A stretch of DNA of 64,000 bases from Thermoanaerobaculia bacterium (GCA_963719225.1 CAVRAY010000002.1:495032-559031); one strand, 5' to 3'. Shown: positions 18,613 through 28,278, numbered from the stretch's first letter. Notes: generated from the letters alone by a model not told the origin. Numbers and translations: made by a program.

Positions 18613-19769
18613 TGCTCGAGAACTCCGAGGATGCCGCGGGCCACGAAGACGCGGTTGCGCCCCCGCCCCGTGACCTCCGCGACGACGCCGGACTGAACGA
18701 GCTTCATGACGTTCAGCGTGGCGGCGCGGTGCGTGATCTTCAGCCGCTTCGCGGCCTGGGGGATCGTCAGGACAGGTGCCTCGAGGAGACCGTCCACGAG
18801 CTTCAGGAGCAGAGCCGACGACCGGGCGGACTCGAACTGCGCCCGATAGCGCTGGCGGAGGTCGAGGAGCGCTTTCGCGCGCCGGATCGCGTCGTGCGAT
18901 TGCTCCTCGACGCCGGTCAGGAAGAACTCGATCCAGCGAGTCCAGGCTCCCTTGCGGCTCACGTCGAGCAGCAGCCGGTAGTAGTCCTTTCGCCGGCGCT
19001 CGAAGAACGCGCTGAGAGAAAGGAGAGGCTGGGCCAGGAGCCCCTCGCTCTGGAGAAGAAGGGAGATCAGGAGCCGTCCGACGCGGCCGTTCCCGTCGAT
19101 GAACGGATGAATCGCCTCGAACTGGTAATGGACGAGCGCGATGCGGACGAGCGGCGGGAGCTCGGACGAGGCGTGTACGAACGACTCGAGGTCGCGGAGG
19201 CATCGCTCCATCGCGGCGACCGGCGGAGGCACGAAGACCGCATCGTCGAGCGGCGATTCCGGCGGGCCGATCCAGTTCTGTCGCCTTCGAAACTCGCCCG
19301 GCGTCACGCCGGCTCCGCCGATTCCCTTCATCAGGCGCGCGTGAAGCTCCCGGAGGAGGCGGAGGCTCACCGGGAGCGTCTCGAGGCGCGCGAGCCCGTC
19401 GTCGAGCGCCGCCACGTAATTCGCGACCTCACGGACGTCTTCCGGCGGGGTCGCGTCCGAGGATTTCGCGAACGCGGGACCGGACTCGAAGAAGAACAGG
19501 TCGGAAAGCGATGCCTGGGTGCCCTCGATCTGGCTCGAAAGAACGGCCTCGCGCCTGACGAGGGGCGCCACGAGGAGCTGCGGGTTCGGCAACGTGCGCG
19601 CGGCGCCGGCCAGCTCGGCAAGCGCGCGGTCGGCACGCGAGACGGCCGAGCTCAGCGCCCACGTGGGCGCGAGTGGCGGCGGCAGCGGCCGCGGGACGAA
19701 GGCTTCGTAACCAACGGCGATGCGGACGAGCCGGCCCCAGCTGTCGGCCGAGAAATCGGAGGCTTTCAT
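18609..19769 (-). CDS. Fic family protein (AMPylase-type) with C-terminal HTH-like domain
   Basis: Track ORF. Fic motif is HPFIDGNGRVGRLL. An upstream SSQIEGT helix and a C-terminal segment ITHRAATLNVMKLVQSGVV resembling a winged helix are present. Confidence 0.9.
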   Translation of the reverse strand: MKASDFSADSWGRLVRIAVGYEAFVPRPLPPPLAPTWALSSAVSRADRALAELAGAARTLPNPQLLVAPLVRREAVLSSQIEGTQASLSDLFFFESGPAFAKSSDATPPEDVREVANYVAALDDGLARLETLPVSLRLLRELHARLMKGIGGAGVTPGEFRRRQNWIGPPESPLDDAVFVPPPVAAMERCLRDLESFVHASSELPPLVRIALVHYQFEAIHPFIDGNGRVGRLLISLLLQSEGLLAQPLLSLSAFFERRRKDYYRLLLDVSRKGAWTRWIEFFLTGVEEQSHDAIRRAKALLDLRQRYRAQFESARSSALLLKLVDGLLEAPVLTIPQAAKRLKITHRAATLNVMKLVQSGVVAEVTGRGRNRVFVARGILGVLEQ

Positions 19770-19803
19770 TCCTGCGATACCTTGTTACGACCCGCTCATG
19801 GTA

Positions 19804-19831
19804 ATGATACTTTAGGCGGTAAAAGTATCAT
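19804..19831. promoter_or_regulatory. Perfect 10-bp inverted repeat in the fic / GH47 divergent intergenic region (candidate operator)
   Basis: ATGATACTTT (19804-19813), 8-nt spacer, AAAGTATCAT (19822-19831). It sits 35-62 nt upstream of the fic start codon in the AT-richest part of the spacer. Confidence 0.4.
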
Positions 19832-19909
19832 AACGCTGCCCTCAACGTCATCGGGCATTCCTGATGACATCTCCGGGGGTCCTTCCAAGAATGTAATCTG
19901 ACCTCGGGT

Positions 19910-21258
19910 ATGAAGGCCGGAGCGTTCGCCCTCGTTCTCTCGCTTGCCGCCGTTGCCGGCGCACGGACCTTGCCTGCGCCCGTCGACCGCGCGGAGATGG
20001 CGCGGAGGGTCCGGGCCGAGATGCTCCATGCGTGGAAAGGCTACGAGGCGTACGCCTGGGGCCACGACGAGCTCAAGCCCCTGAGCGGGACAGCGCACGA
20101 CTGGTACGGCCCGTCGCTCTTCATGACGCCCGTCGACGCGCTCGACACGCTCCTCCTCATGGGCCTCACCGATGAGGCCGACAAGGCGAAGGCCCTCGTC
20201 CTCGCGAAGCTCGATTTCGACCGCGACATCTCCGTCAAGAACTTCGAGATCACGATCCGGCTCCTCGGGGGGCTGCTTTCGAGCTACCAGCTCACGGGTG
20301 ACGCGCGGCTCCTCGCGCTGGCGGACGACCTTGGCAGGCGGCTGCTGCCCGCCTTCGACTCCCCGACGGGCATGCCATACGTGAACGTGAACCTAAGACG
20401 GGAAAGGCGAGCGGCAGGGTCTCCAACCCCGCCGAGATCGGGACGCTTCTCCTCGAGCTCGGCACGCTCTCGAAGCTCACGAGAAAGCCCGTCTATTACG
20501 ACAAGGCGAAACACGCGCTCGTGACGCTCTACGGCCGGCGCTCGACTCTCGGCCTCGTCGGCGAGGAGATCGACGTCGAGACGGGCGAGTGGAAGAGCCG
20601 GCAGAGCCACGTGGGCGGCGGCATCGATTCGTACTACGAGTACCTCCTCAAATGCGCGCGTCTCTTCGGCGACAAGGAATGCGACACGATGTGGAGGGAC
20701 AGCGTTCGCGCCCTGAACACCCGCCTCGCCGACGACACGCGAAAGGGCCTGTGGTACGGGCAGGTCGACATGGAGACCGGCCGGCGGACCGCGTCCGAGT
20801 TCGGGGCCCTCCACGCGTTCCTCCCCGGGGTCCTCGCGCTGTCCGGCGATCTCGGGAGGCGCCCGCCGCCTCCAGGAGTCGTGCTTCAGGATGTGGACCC
20901 TTCACGGCATCGAGCCCGAGGTCCTCGACTACCGGGCGATGAAGGTCCTCGGCGCGGGCTACCAGCTCCGGCCCGAGATCATCGAGTCGGCGTACACCTC
21001 CATCGCGTCACGAAGGACCGGCGGTACCTCGAGATGGGCAGGACGTTCTTCGAAAGCCTCGTGAAGCACTGCCGCACCGAGCGCGGCTACACGACGCTGA
21101 AGAGCGTCGTCACGAAGGAGAAGGGCGACCTCATGCCCAGCTACTTCCTCGCCGAAACGCTCAAGTACCTCTACCTTCTTTTCGCTCCCGACGAGACGCT
21201 CGACTTCGGCACCGTCGTCTTCAACACCGAGGCCCATCCCCTGAAACGGACGTGGTGA
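19910..21258 (+). pseudogene. Glycoside hydrolase family 47 (class I alpha-mannosidase-like), three frame breaks
   Basis: Track ORFs 19910..20524 and 20521..21258 plus a third frame join into WKGYEAYAWGHDELKPLSG..FEITIRLLGGLLSSYQLTGD..SNPAEIGTLLLELGTLSKLT..GGGIDSYYEYLLK..RPEIIESAY..FLAETLKYLYLLF. Frame breaks lie near 20395, 20855 and 20995. Confidence 0.8.
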
Positions 21259-21307
21259 CCGAACCGTACGTCTCGTGAAATACTCCCGCACCCCCACGGG
21301 AAGTTCC

Positions 21308-22315
21308 ATGAAGAGAGTCCTCGCCAGCCTCGTCCTCCTCGCGGCCGCGTCGCTCGCGCCCGCGAACGACATGCTCGTGTCGACCGACTGGCTCGCCGAG
21401 CACCGGGGCGAGGAGAACCTCGTCCTCCTGCACGTCGGGGTGCCCGCCGACTTCGAGAAGGAGCACATTCCCGGCGCGATCCCCGTGAACCCGCAGGACC
21501 TCTCGTTCCCGCGCTCCGAGGGCGCTCTCGTCCTCCAGCTCCTTCCTCCCGACCAGCTCCGCGCGAAGCTCGAGGGCTACGGCATCGGCGACGACTCGCG
21601 CATCGTCGTCTACTTCGCGAAGGACTGGGTCTCGCCGACCACGCGCGTCTACTTCAGCCTCGATGCGGCCGGCCTCGGCGCGAGGACCTCCATTCTCGAC
21701 GGGGGCATGCCGGCGTGGAAAGCCGAGGGCGGAACGGTCGTCGCGTCGGTGAACGACCCCGCGTCGGCCATCCAGAGGAAGCCCGGGAAGATCACGGCCC
21801 GGCCGCATCCCGAGCTCGTGGTCGATCTCGAATACGTGAAGGCGAATCTCGGCACGCCCGGCGTCACGCTCGTCGACGCGCGCAACACGAGGTTCTTCCT
21901 CGGCACCGAGGCGGGCGCGATGCCGCGCGCCGGCCACATCCCAGGCGCGAAGAGCCTGCCGTTCGACACCCTCGTCACCGACGACGACCGGATGAAGAGC
22001 CCCGCCGACACGGCGAGGCTGCTGGCGGCCGCGGGCGTCAAACCGGGCGACACCGTCGTGAGCTATTGCCACATCGGGCAGCAGGCCAGCGTCGTGTACT
22101 TCGCGGCCAAGCGCCTCGGCTACAAGGCGCGCCTGTACGACGGCTCGTGGGACGAGTGGAGCCGGAAGAGCGAGCTGCCGATCGAGAAGAACGGCTCGAG
22201 CTCCCCGGTCGCCGCCGCTTCCGCAGCCGCGGCGCCTCAGCCGATGCCGGCGGCGCCCGCGCCCGTTCCCGAGCGCGTCGCCGCCGACACGCCGAAGACG
22301 ACGCCCGGCGGCACG
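21308..22315 (+). CDS. Secreted tandem-rhodanese sulfurtransferase (3' end unresolved)
   Basis: First ~335 aa of track ORF 21275..23326, with the start set at signal peptide MKRVLASLVLLAAASLAPA. Two rhodanese modules are present, with catalytic loop CHIGQQAS. After a Pro/Ala linker the frame turns to Arg-rich nonsense near 22315, where the next gene's frame takes over. Confidence 0.75.
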
Positions 22316-22316
22316 C

Positions 22317-24195
22317 AACTTCAAGGCGCCCGCCGGCTGGACGATCACGACGAAGGGCCCGATGGTCGTCCTCGAGCCGCCGGAACCCGACATGCACGTC
22401 GCGATCGTGGACGTCGAGGCGAAGGACGCCGACGCCGCGGTCGCCGCGGGCTGGGCCGCCTTCCAGCCGGACTTCAAGCGGCCCTTGAAGATCGCGCAGC
22501 CCGCGGCGGCGCGCGACGGCTGGGACGAACGGCGCGGCTACGTCTACGAGACCTCGCCGAACGAAAAGCTGACCGTCTTCGCCCTCGCCTGGCGCGCCGG
22601 CAAGGTCTGGACCGTGACGCTCGTCGACGCCGCCGACGCGACGATGGAAAAGCGCGGCGGACCGGTCTCGCTGATCGTGAGCAGCCTGCGACCGAAGGGC
22701 TACGCGCGCGAGACGTTCGCGGGAAAGAAGGCGCACCCGGTCGACGCGAAGATGATCGCGGCTCTGAAGGACTTTCTCTCGACGGGGATGAAGCTCTTCG
22801 ACGTTCCCGGCGTCGGCTTCAGCCTCATCGACGGCGGGAAGGTCGTCACCGAGGGCGGGCTCGGCGTCAAGGATCTGGGGGTGCCGGACCCGGTGAACGC
22901 GAACACGCTCTTCGCGATCGCGTCGAACACGAAGGCGCTCACGACGCTCCTCCTCGCGGAGCTCGTCGACGAGAAGAAGCTGCGCTGGGACGAGCCCGTC
23001 ACGGAGGCCTACCCCGCGTTCAAGCTCGGCGACGCCGCGACGACGAAGCACGTCCTCGTCGAGCACCTCATCTGCGCCTGCACCGGCATGCCGCGCCAGG
23101 ACTACGAGTGGCTCTTCGAGTTCGCGAACGCGACGCCGGCGTCGGCGCTCGGCGATGCTCGGCTCCATGCAGCCGACGAGCAAGTTCGGCGAGGTCTTCC
23201 AGTACAGCAACCTCATGGCGGCGGCGGCTGGATACGTCGGCGGCTCGATCGCGTATCCCGGCAAGGAGCTCGGTGCCGCGTACGACAAGGCGATGCAGAA
23301 GAGGGTCTTCGGCCCGCTCGGCATGAAGCACACGACGTTCGACTTCAAGAGGGCCCTGAGAGGCGACGTCGCGCAGCCGCACGGCGAAGACGTGGACGGC
23401 AACCCGGCGCGCGCGCGGATGGACCCGAACAAGTCGCTCGTCCCGGTGCGCCCCGCGGGCGGCGCCTTCTCGAGCGCGCACGACCTTTCGAAGTACGTGG
23501 AGATGGAGCTCGCGAAGGGCCTCCTGCCGAACGGCAAGCGGCTCGTCTCCGAGGAGAACCTCCTGGCCCGCCGCGCGCCGCACGTCATCGTCGGCGACGA
23601 CGTCACGTACGGCATGGGCCTCTTCGTCGACAAGAGGTGGGGGATCCCGGTCGTGCACCACGGAGGCTCCCTCTTCGGCTACAAGAGCGACATGATCTGG
23701 CTGCCCGAGCACGGCGTCGGCGCCGTCCTTCTGACGAACTCGGATTCCGGGTACTCGCTCCTGGGCCCGTTCCAGCGCCGGCTCCTCGAGCTGCTCTTCG
23801 ACGGAAAGCCCGAGGCCGAGGAGCTGCTCCGCGTCAACGCCGTCCAGAGAAAAGCCGCCATCGCGAAGGAGCGCGAGCGCCTCGTCGTCCCGGCCGACGC
23901 CGCCGAGGCCGCGAAGCTCGCGCCCCGCTACGCCAACGCCGCGCTCGGCGAGGTGATCGTGAAAAAGGGACCTGGCGGCGCCGTCGTCTTCGACGCCGGG
24001 GAGTGGTACAGCACCGTGGCCTCCCGCAAGAACGACGACGGGACCGTCTCCTTCATCACGATCGACCCGTCGATCTCCGGCTTCGAGTTCGTCGTCGCCG
24101 ACAAGGACGGCAAGCGCGCGCTCGTCGCCCGCGACGCCCAGCACGAGTACGTGTTCAACGAGCTCGAGGTCGAGAAAGGCGCGGCGAAGCAATGA
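22317..24195 (+). pseudogene. Beta-lactamase-fold serine hydrolase (class C/PBP-like) with N- and C-terminal extra domains; no own start, one internal frame break
   Basis: Track ORFs 22362..24422 (real to ~23153) and 23155..24195. Motifs are SNTK (S-x-x-K) and YSN. The frame opens at ..NFKAPAGWTITTKGP.. with no start codon or signal peptide upstream. The internal break is near 23153. Confidence 0.75.
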
Positions 24196-24217
24196 GCGTG
24201 CGGGCGGCACGCCCGTT

Positions 24218-24643
24218 TCAGCGACGCCTGCCCTTCGCCCGTGCGCGCGGCCGCGGCTTCGCCTTCGTCGGGCGGGCCGCGGACGCGCCTTTCGCCGCGA
24301 TCTTCTTCGCAGACTGGCGTGCCGCGACGTCCGCGTATCCCTCGAGCACGAGGCCCGCGATGACCTTCCAGTCGAGCCCGCTCTCGAGGCGGATGCCGAC
24401 CCAGCCGGCCGTGCCGACATAGGGCGGCACGTAGAAGTGCTCGGGGCTCGACGTGACGAGCTCTTCCTGGGCGCCCTCCGGCAGCTTGAGCCACAGCCCG
24501 GCGAAGCCGACACCGTGGTGGTCGTCCGCGAACATCGCGAACTGCCGCTCGCCGACGCGAAAGGTCGGCGCGCTCCACGCGACCTTCTCGTACGCGCCGG
24601 GCAGCGCGAGACAGATTTTTCGGACGCGGTCGAGGAGCGTCAT
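24218..24643 (-). CDS. MmcQ/YjbR-family protein with Lys/Arg-rich tail
   Basis: Track ORF 24218..24721 trimmed to MTLLDRVRKICLALPGAYEKVAWSAPTFRVGERQFAMF.., the N-terminal pattern I associate with YjbR-like proteins. Confidence 0.65.
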   Translation of the reverse strand: MTLLDRVRKICLALPGAYEKVAWSAPTFRVGERQFAMFADDHHGVGFAGLWLKLPEGAQEELVTSSPEHFYVPPYVGTAGWVGIRLESGLDWKVIAGLVLEGYADVAARQSAKKIAAKGASAARPTKAKPRPRARAKGRRR

Positions 24644-24872
24644 CGGAGGGGCAGCATAGTCGATAGAATTCCCCTCATGAATCGCGGCCCGAAGGTTCAG
24701 CGCGTCACCGTCGCGTGACACGGCTTCCGAGGCCCACAGGCAAAGAGCTCCTCACGGTCGCGCTGCGCCCCCATCCGTCGCAAGGTCGGCCGAGGGTTTC
24801 ACAAGGGAGACGTAACGCTGTCCCATCGTAGAGACGCAGCAGCGGGTACCGGGGTTGCAACATCGTTGCGAC

Positions 24873-26609
24873 ATGAAGTGGGCCCTCCGGCTCGCCTTCG
24901 CAATCGGCCTCGCGCTGGCGCCGCGGGCCTGGGCCGGAGACACGTTCGAGGCGATCCTGGTCGGCTCCAACGAGGTTCCCGGCCCCGGGATCTCCGAAGG
25001 CAGCTTCGATGCGGTCGTGGTCCTCGAGGGGACGAAAGTCACCCTGACCCTGACGCCGAAGGGGATCAGGGGCTGGATGTCCGCACACATCCACAAGGGA
25101 GCCGCGGGCGTCGACGGCAAGCTGGTAACGGAGTTTCCCTGGGAATCGGGCGACGGCTCGCCGCGCCGGTACGTCGGCTCGGTCTCCGAAAAGGTCGCAG
25201 TCGACATGGCCGCGAATCCCGGGAAGTACTACGTGCACGTCCATCTCCCGAACTTTCCGGCCGGGGGAGCTCGAGGGCAGCTCGCCGCGCACCCGAACAC
25301 GGAGCCTACCCAGCCCCCGTTGCTCGCGCAGGTCCAGGCAATGGGGCAGCGCCCTCTCCCGCCTGGACCGGGGATTTCGCGGGCCTTCCCGGGTCCCGGC
25401 GTAGGCGGGACCGAGTCGGTGGCGTACGCGTCTCGTCCGCAATTCCGGTCTCCCTCAGCGTCGACTTACGCGTTCTTCTTTAACCGCCTCGCGGACCTCG
25501 ACGAGGCCGCCGGCGACGACGAAGCAGCGGGCCTCGACCCCAACGCTGCTGAAAAGCGCCAGCGCGAAACGCGAGCCGCGGGGCTCACGGAAAGGGAAGG
25601 GACGATCCTGAAAGAGGTCGCGTTCGACTGCAACCGGGCTCTCGCGCCTTTGGAAGCGAAGCTTCAGGCATCGAGGGATGGTGGCCTCTGGCAGGAAGCA
25701 AGTCGGCTTTGGGACGAGAGAAGCCGCATCGCCGAACCGTACGTCGTTCGCCTGCGGGCACGCCTCGGCGAAGCCGCCTTCGCGAATCTCGACACCTACG
25801 TCGGAGACCACTTCGGGGCGATGCCGGACCCGCCGCAGACGCCCGTGCCCGCCTCGAGACGCGCCCAGACCATCAACTTCTTACCCGCGAGGTCCAGGGT
25901 CTACCGGGACGGTGACTTCAGGCTGGACGCCTCCGCGAGCTCGGGGCTCCGCGTCTTCTTCACCGGGTCCGGCGACTGCACGGTGTACGGCTCGACCGTC
26001 CACATCCTCTCGGCCGGCAAGTGCTGGGTGACCGCGCACCAGCCCGGCGACGCGCGATTCGAAGCGGCGCCGGACGTCGACCAGCTGATTCCGATCGCGA
26101 AAGCGGGCCAGGGGATCGCCGGCGCCCCGCCGGAATTCAAGACGTACCTCGATCCCGACTTCCCGCTCGATATGTCCGCGACGTCTGGGCTTTCCGTCGT
26201 CTTCTTCGCCTGGGGCGATTGCGCCGTCAACGGGCCTTACATCCACATCACCGGAGCGGGCAGCTGCTCGCTGACGGCGCACCAGCCCGGCGACTCGAAC
26301 TACCTGGCGGCACGCATCGTCGACGGACAGTTCCCGATCGCCAAGGCCGACCAGACGATCGACTTTTCGGATCCCCCGAATCCGTACTACGGCAACGTCG
26401 ACTTCCAGCTTTACGCGCGCGCCTCCTCGGGCCTGCCGGTCGTCTTCAGCGCTTCGGGCGTGTGCACGATGGCCGCTACCTCCTCGATACACGTCATCGA
26501 CTCGGGAGAGTGCTCGGTGACCGTGGACCAGGCGGGCGACAGGAACTTCAACGCGGCACCCTCCGTGAAGAAAACGTTCCAGATCGTCGTCCCGCCCCCG
26601 CCGACCTAG
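24873..26609 (+). CDS. Secreted CHRD-domain protein with three C-terminal tandem repeats
   Basis: Track ORF 24855..26609 trimmed to signal peptide MKWALRLAFAIGLALAPRAWA. CHRD-like segments are FEAILVGSNEVPGPG..SAHIHKGAAGVDGKLV and YYVHVHLPNFPAGGARGQL. Confidence 0.75.
   Translation: MKWALRLAFAIGLALAPRAWAGDTFEAILVGSNEVPGPGISEGSFDAVVVLEGTKVTLTLTPKGIRGWMSAHIHKGAAGVDGKLVTEFPWESGDGSPRRYVGSVSEKVAVDMAANPGKYYVHVHLPNFPAGGARGQLAAHPNTEPTQPPLLAQVQAMGQRPLPPGPGISRAFPGPGVGGTESVAYASRPQFRSPSASTYAFFFNRLADLDEAAGDDEAAGLDPNAAEKRQRETRAAGLTEREGTILKEVAFDCNRALAPLEAKLQASRDGGLWQEASRLWDERSRIAEPYVVRLRARLGEAAFANLDTYVGDHFGAMPDPPQTPVPASRRAQTINFLPARSRVYRDGDFRLDASASSGLRVFFTGSGDCTVYGSTVHILSAGKCWVTAHQPGDARFEAAPDVDQLIPIAKAGQGIAGAPPEFKTYLDPDFPLDMSATSGLSVVFFAWGDCAVNGPYIHITGAGSCSLTAHQPGDSNYLAARIVDGQFPIAKADQTIDFSDPPNPYYGNVDFQLYARASSGLPVVFSASGVCTMAATSSIHVIDSGECSVTVDQAGDRNFNAAPSVKKTFQIVVPPPPT
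25865..26590 (+). repeat. Three tandem ~80-85-aa coding repeats inside the CHRD gene
   Basis: The units share D-F-x-L-x-A-S-A-S-S-G-L-x-V-x-F, a C-x-V-x-G..IHI..xG-x-C strand pair, (T/V)-x-(H/D)-Q-x-G-D and F-P-I-A-K-A-x-Q-x-I. Examples are GDFRLDASASSGLRVFF, DFPLDMSATSGLSVVFF and VDFQLYARASSGLPVVF. Boundaries are approximate. Confidence 0.5.
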
Positions 26610-26657
26610 GCTTACCGCGACTTGCGTGTTAGCCATGAGTCAGTATTTAATACATAC

Positions 26658-26903
26658 ATGAAGCGCAAGCTCGTCCAGGCCGGCAGCTCTCTCGCCGTGA
26701 CGCTCCCCGCGGAGGTCGTCCACGCCTTCGGCCTCGAAAAAGGCCAGGAGGTGGACGTCACGGTTCATCCCGTCAGCGGCGCCGTCATCGTGCGTGCCGG
26801 CACCGCGCACTACGAGGACGGCGAGGTCACGCCCCGATTCCGTCGGACCGTCGCCTCTCTCCTGAAAAGGCGCGCTTCGGTCTACCGAGCCCTCGCGAAG
26901 TGA
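26658..26903 (+). CDS. AbrB/MazE/SpoVT-fold antitoxin (Phd-equivalent partner of Doc)
   Basis: Track ORF 26622..26903 trimmed to MKRKLVQAGSSLAVTLPAEVVHAFGLEKGQEV (swapped-hairpin motif). Its stop overlaps the doc start (GTGA). Confidence 0.8.
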   Translation: MKRKLVQAGSSLAVTLPAEVVHAFGLEKGQEVDVTVHPVSGAVIVRAGTAHYEDGEVTPRFRRTVASLLKRRASVYRALAK

Positions 26904-27292
26904 TCGTCACCCTCTCGGCGGGCCAGCTCGTCGCCCTTCACGGCGAGTTGATGAAGGCCTTCGGCGGGCGCCGGGGCCTGCGGGACCGCGGAGCCCTCGA
27001 GGCAGCCGCCGCGCGACCGGGCATGACGTTCGACGGTGAGGATCTCTATCCCGACCTCGCCGCGAAGGCGGCGGCGCTCATGCACTCGCTCGTCGTGAAC
27101 CACGGCTTCGTGGACGGGAACAAGCGCGTCGGCGCGGCGGCGGCCGAGCTCGTGGTGGAGGTCAACGGCTACCGCCTCCGGGCGGAGGACTCCGACCTCG
27201 AGAAGATCACGTTCTCCGTGGCCCGGGGCGAGCTGTCCGCCGAAGCGCTCGCAATCTGGTTTCGCCAGAGGCTCGAGCCTGCCGAGGAGTGA
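26900..27292 (+). CDS. doc: Doc (death-on-curing) Fic-fold toxin
   Basis: Track ORF. Doc-type motif is HGFVDGNKRVG. Confidence 0.9.
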   Translation: MIVTLSAGQLVALHGELMKAFGGRRGLRDRGALEAAAARPGMTFDGEDLYPDLAAKAAALMHSLVVNHGFVDGNKRVGAAAAELVVEVNGYRLRAEDSDLEKITFSVARGELSAEALAIWFRQRLEPAEE

Positions 27293-27345
27293 CGGACTCT
27301 GTTACTGCGCGACCTTCCGTCCCGAGAGGAGCGGCAGCTTCTCCG

Positions 27346-27552
27346 TCAAACGGAGATGTCCACCTGGTGGACGGCGACGGTCAGCGGCATTCCCTTCTCG
27401 GTTCTGACCTCGAGGCACTCGCGGATGGCGTTCTCGATGTTCTTCAGGGCCTCCGTCTCGGTGACGCCCTGGCTGACACACCCGGGAATCGCCGGACACT
27501 CGGCGACGAAGAACCCGTCCTCATCGCGGTCGACGGTCACGACAAACTTCAT
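27346..27552 (-). CDS. HicB-like (UPF0150) antitoxin, no adjacent hicA
   Basis: C-terminal 68 aa of track ORF 27346..27615: MKFVVTVDRDEDGFFVAECPAIPGCVSQGVTETEALKNIENAIRECLE. Confidence 0.7.
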   Translation of the reverse strand: MKFVVTVDRDEDGFFVAECPAIPGCVSQGVTETEALKNIENAIRECLEVRTEKGMPLTVAVHQVDISV

Positions 27553-27615
27553 ACGGTAGACCCTCAGCAACTCCGAAACGGCGGGGGAGAGAGCGTTATC
27601 GACGAAAAACTTCAC
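27553..27615 (-). pseudogene. 21-codon remnant of a DUF5615 (PIN-like) toxin, fused in frame to hicB
   Basis: MKFFVDNALSPAVSELLRVYR matches the usual DUF5615 N-terminus. Its GTG overlaps the DUF433 stop (GTGA). The reading frame then runs straight into the hicB Met. Confidence 0.5.
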
Positions 27616-27878
27616 GCACCGACCGACAGCGGGAGCTCGCGCTCCCGAACCGCTTCGGCGGCATACCGCAGGGCCTCACGGACATCTTCCTCGACGAGAT
27701 CCGGAAACGCCTTGAGAATCTCGGCGGTCGTCATCCCGTCCGCCACCATCCCTACGACCGTGGCTACCGGGATCCGCAAGCCACGGATGGTCGGAACTCC
27801 ACCCATCTGGTCGGAATTGACGGTGATGCGAGCGAACGTCACGGCGGTTCTCCTTACGACGTTCATTCTAGCTCCCAC
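27612..27878 (-). CDS. DUF433 antitoxin-like protein
   Basis: Track ORF: ITVNSDQMGGVPTIRGLRIPVATVVGMVADGMTTAEILKAFPDLVEEDVREALRYA. Confidence 0.8.
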   Translation of the reverse strand: MGARMNVVRRTAVTFARITVNSDQMGGVPTIRGLRIPVATVVGMVADGMTTAEILKAFPDLVEEDVREALRYAAEAVRERELPLSVGA

Positions 27879-27915
27879 CCTAGCCGCAATCAGCTCGATG
27901 CGCGCAGGTCCACCG

Positions 27916-27931
27916 ATATCAGATCTGATAT
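27916..27931. promoter_or_regulatory. Perfect 16-bp palindrome 10 nt upstream of the higB-like gene (candidate TA operator)
   Basis: ATATCAGA|TCTGATAT at 27916-27931, followed by a TATACT -10-like hexamer. Confidence 0.45.
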
Positions 27932-27940
27932 ACTCGTTGC

Positions 27941-28278
27941 GTGGCGAAGGCGCTTCGGATTCTCCACGGCGTAATCAAGACGCCGCCGATGTCCATCGAA
28001 GCCAGGAGGGAGGTCGGCTTCCTTTTGCGGCAGCTACAGGAGGGAATCGCGCTTCCCTGCCAGCATCGCGGCCGATGCCGGAGATCGAGAGCAGATGTCA
28101 CGAGCTTAGAGTCAAGGACGAGAGTCATGACTGGAGAGTCGTCTACGCGGTCGAGCGAGATGCAATCCTGATCCTCGAAGTCTTCGAAAAGGGCTCGAGG
28201 AAGACCCCGAGACAAGCAAAGGAAGTCTGTCGCAGGCGCGTCCGCGAATATCGGCGACTAATTCGGGAGGAAGAATGA
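27941..28278 (+). pseudogene. higB: RelE/ParE-superfamily toxin of the HigB / Gp49-like type, one frame break
   Basis: Track ORF 27941..28171 (VAKALRILHGVIKTPPMSIEARREVGFLLRQLQEGIALP) continues in another frame as ASRPMPEIESRCHELRVKDESHDWRVVYAVERDAILILEVFEKGSRKTPRQAKEV. It is a paralogue of the intact gene at 52815..53147. The break is near 28060. Confidence 0.7.

Noticed and set aside
27289-28278. 329-aa + strand ORF spanning the TA islet
   Set aside because: Most of it is antisense to hicB/DUF433 with implausible sequence. Only its last ~70 codons are real (C-terminal half of the frame-shifted higB).
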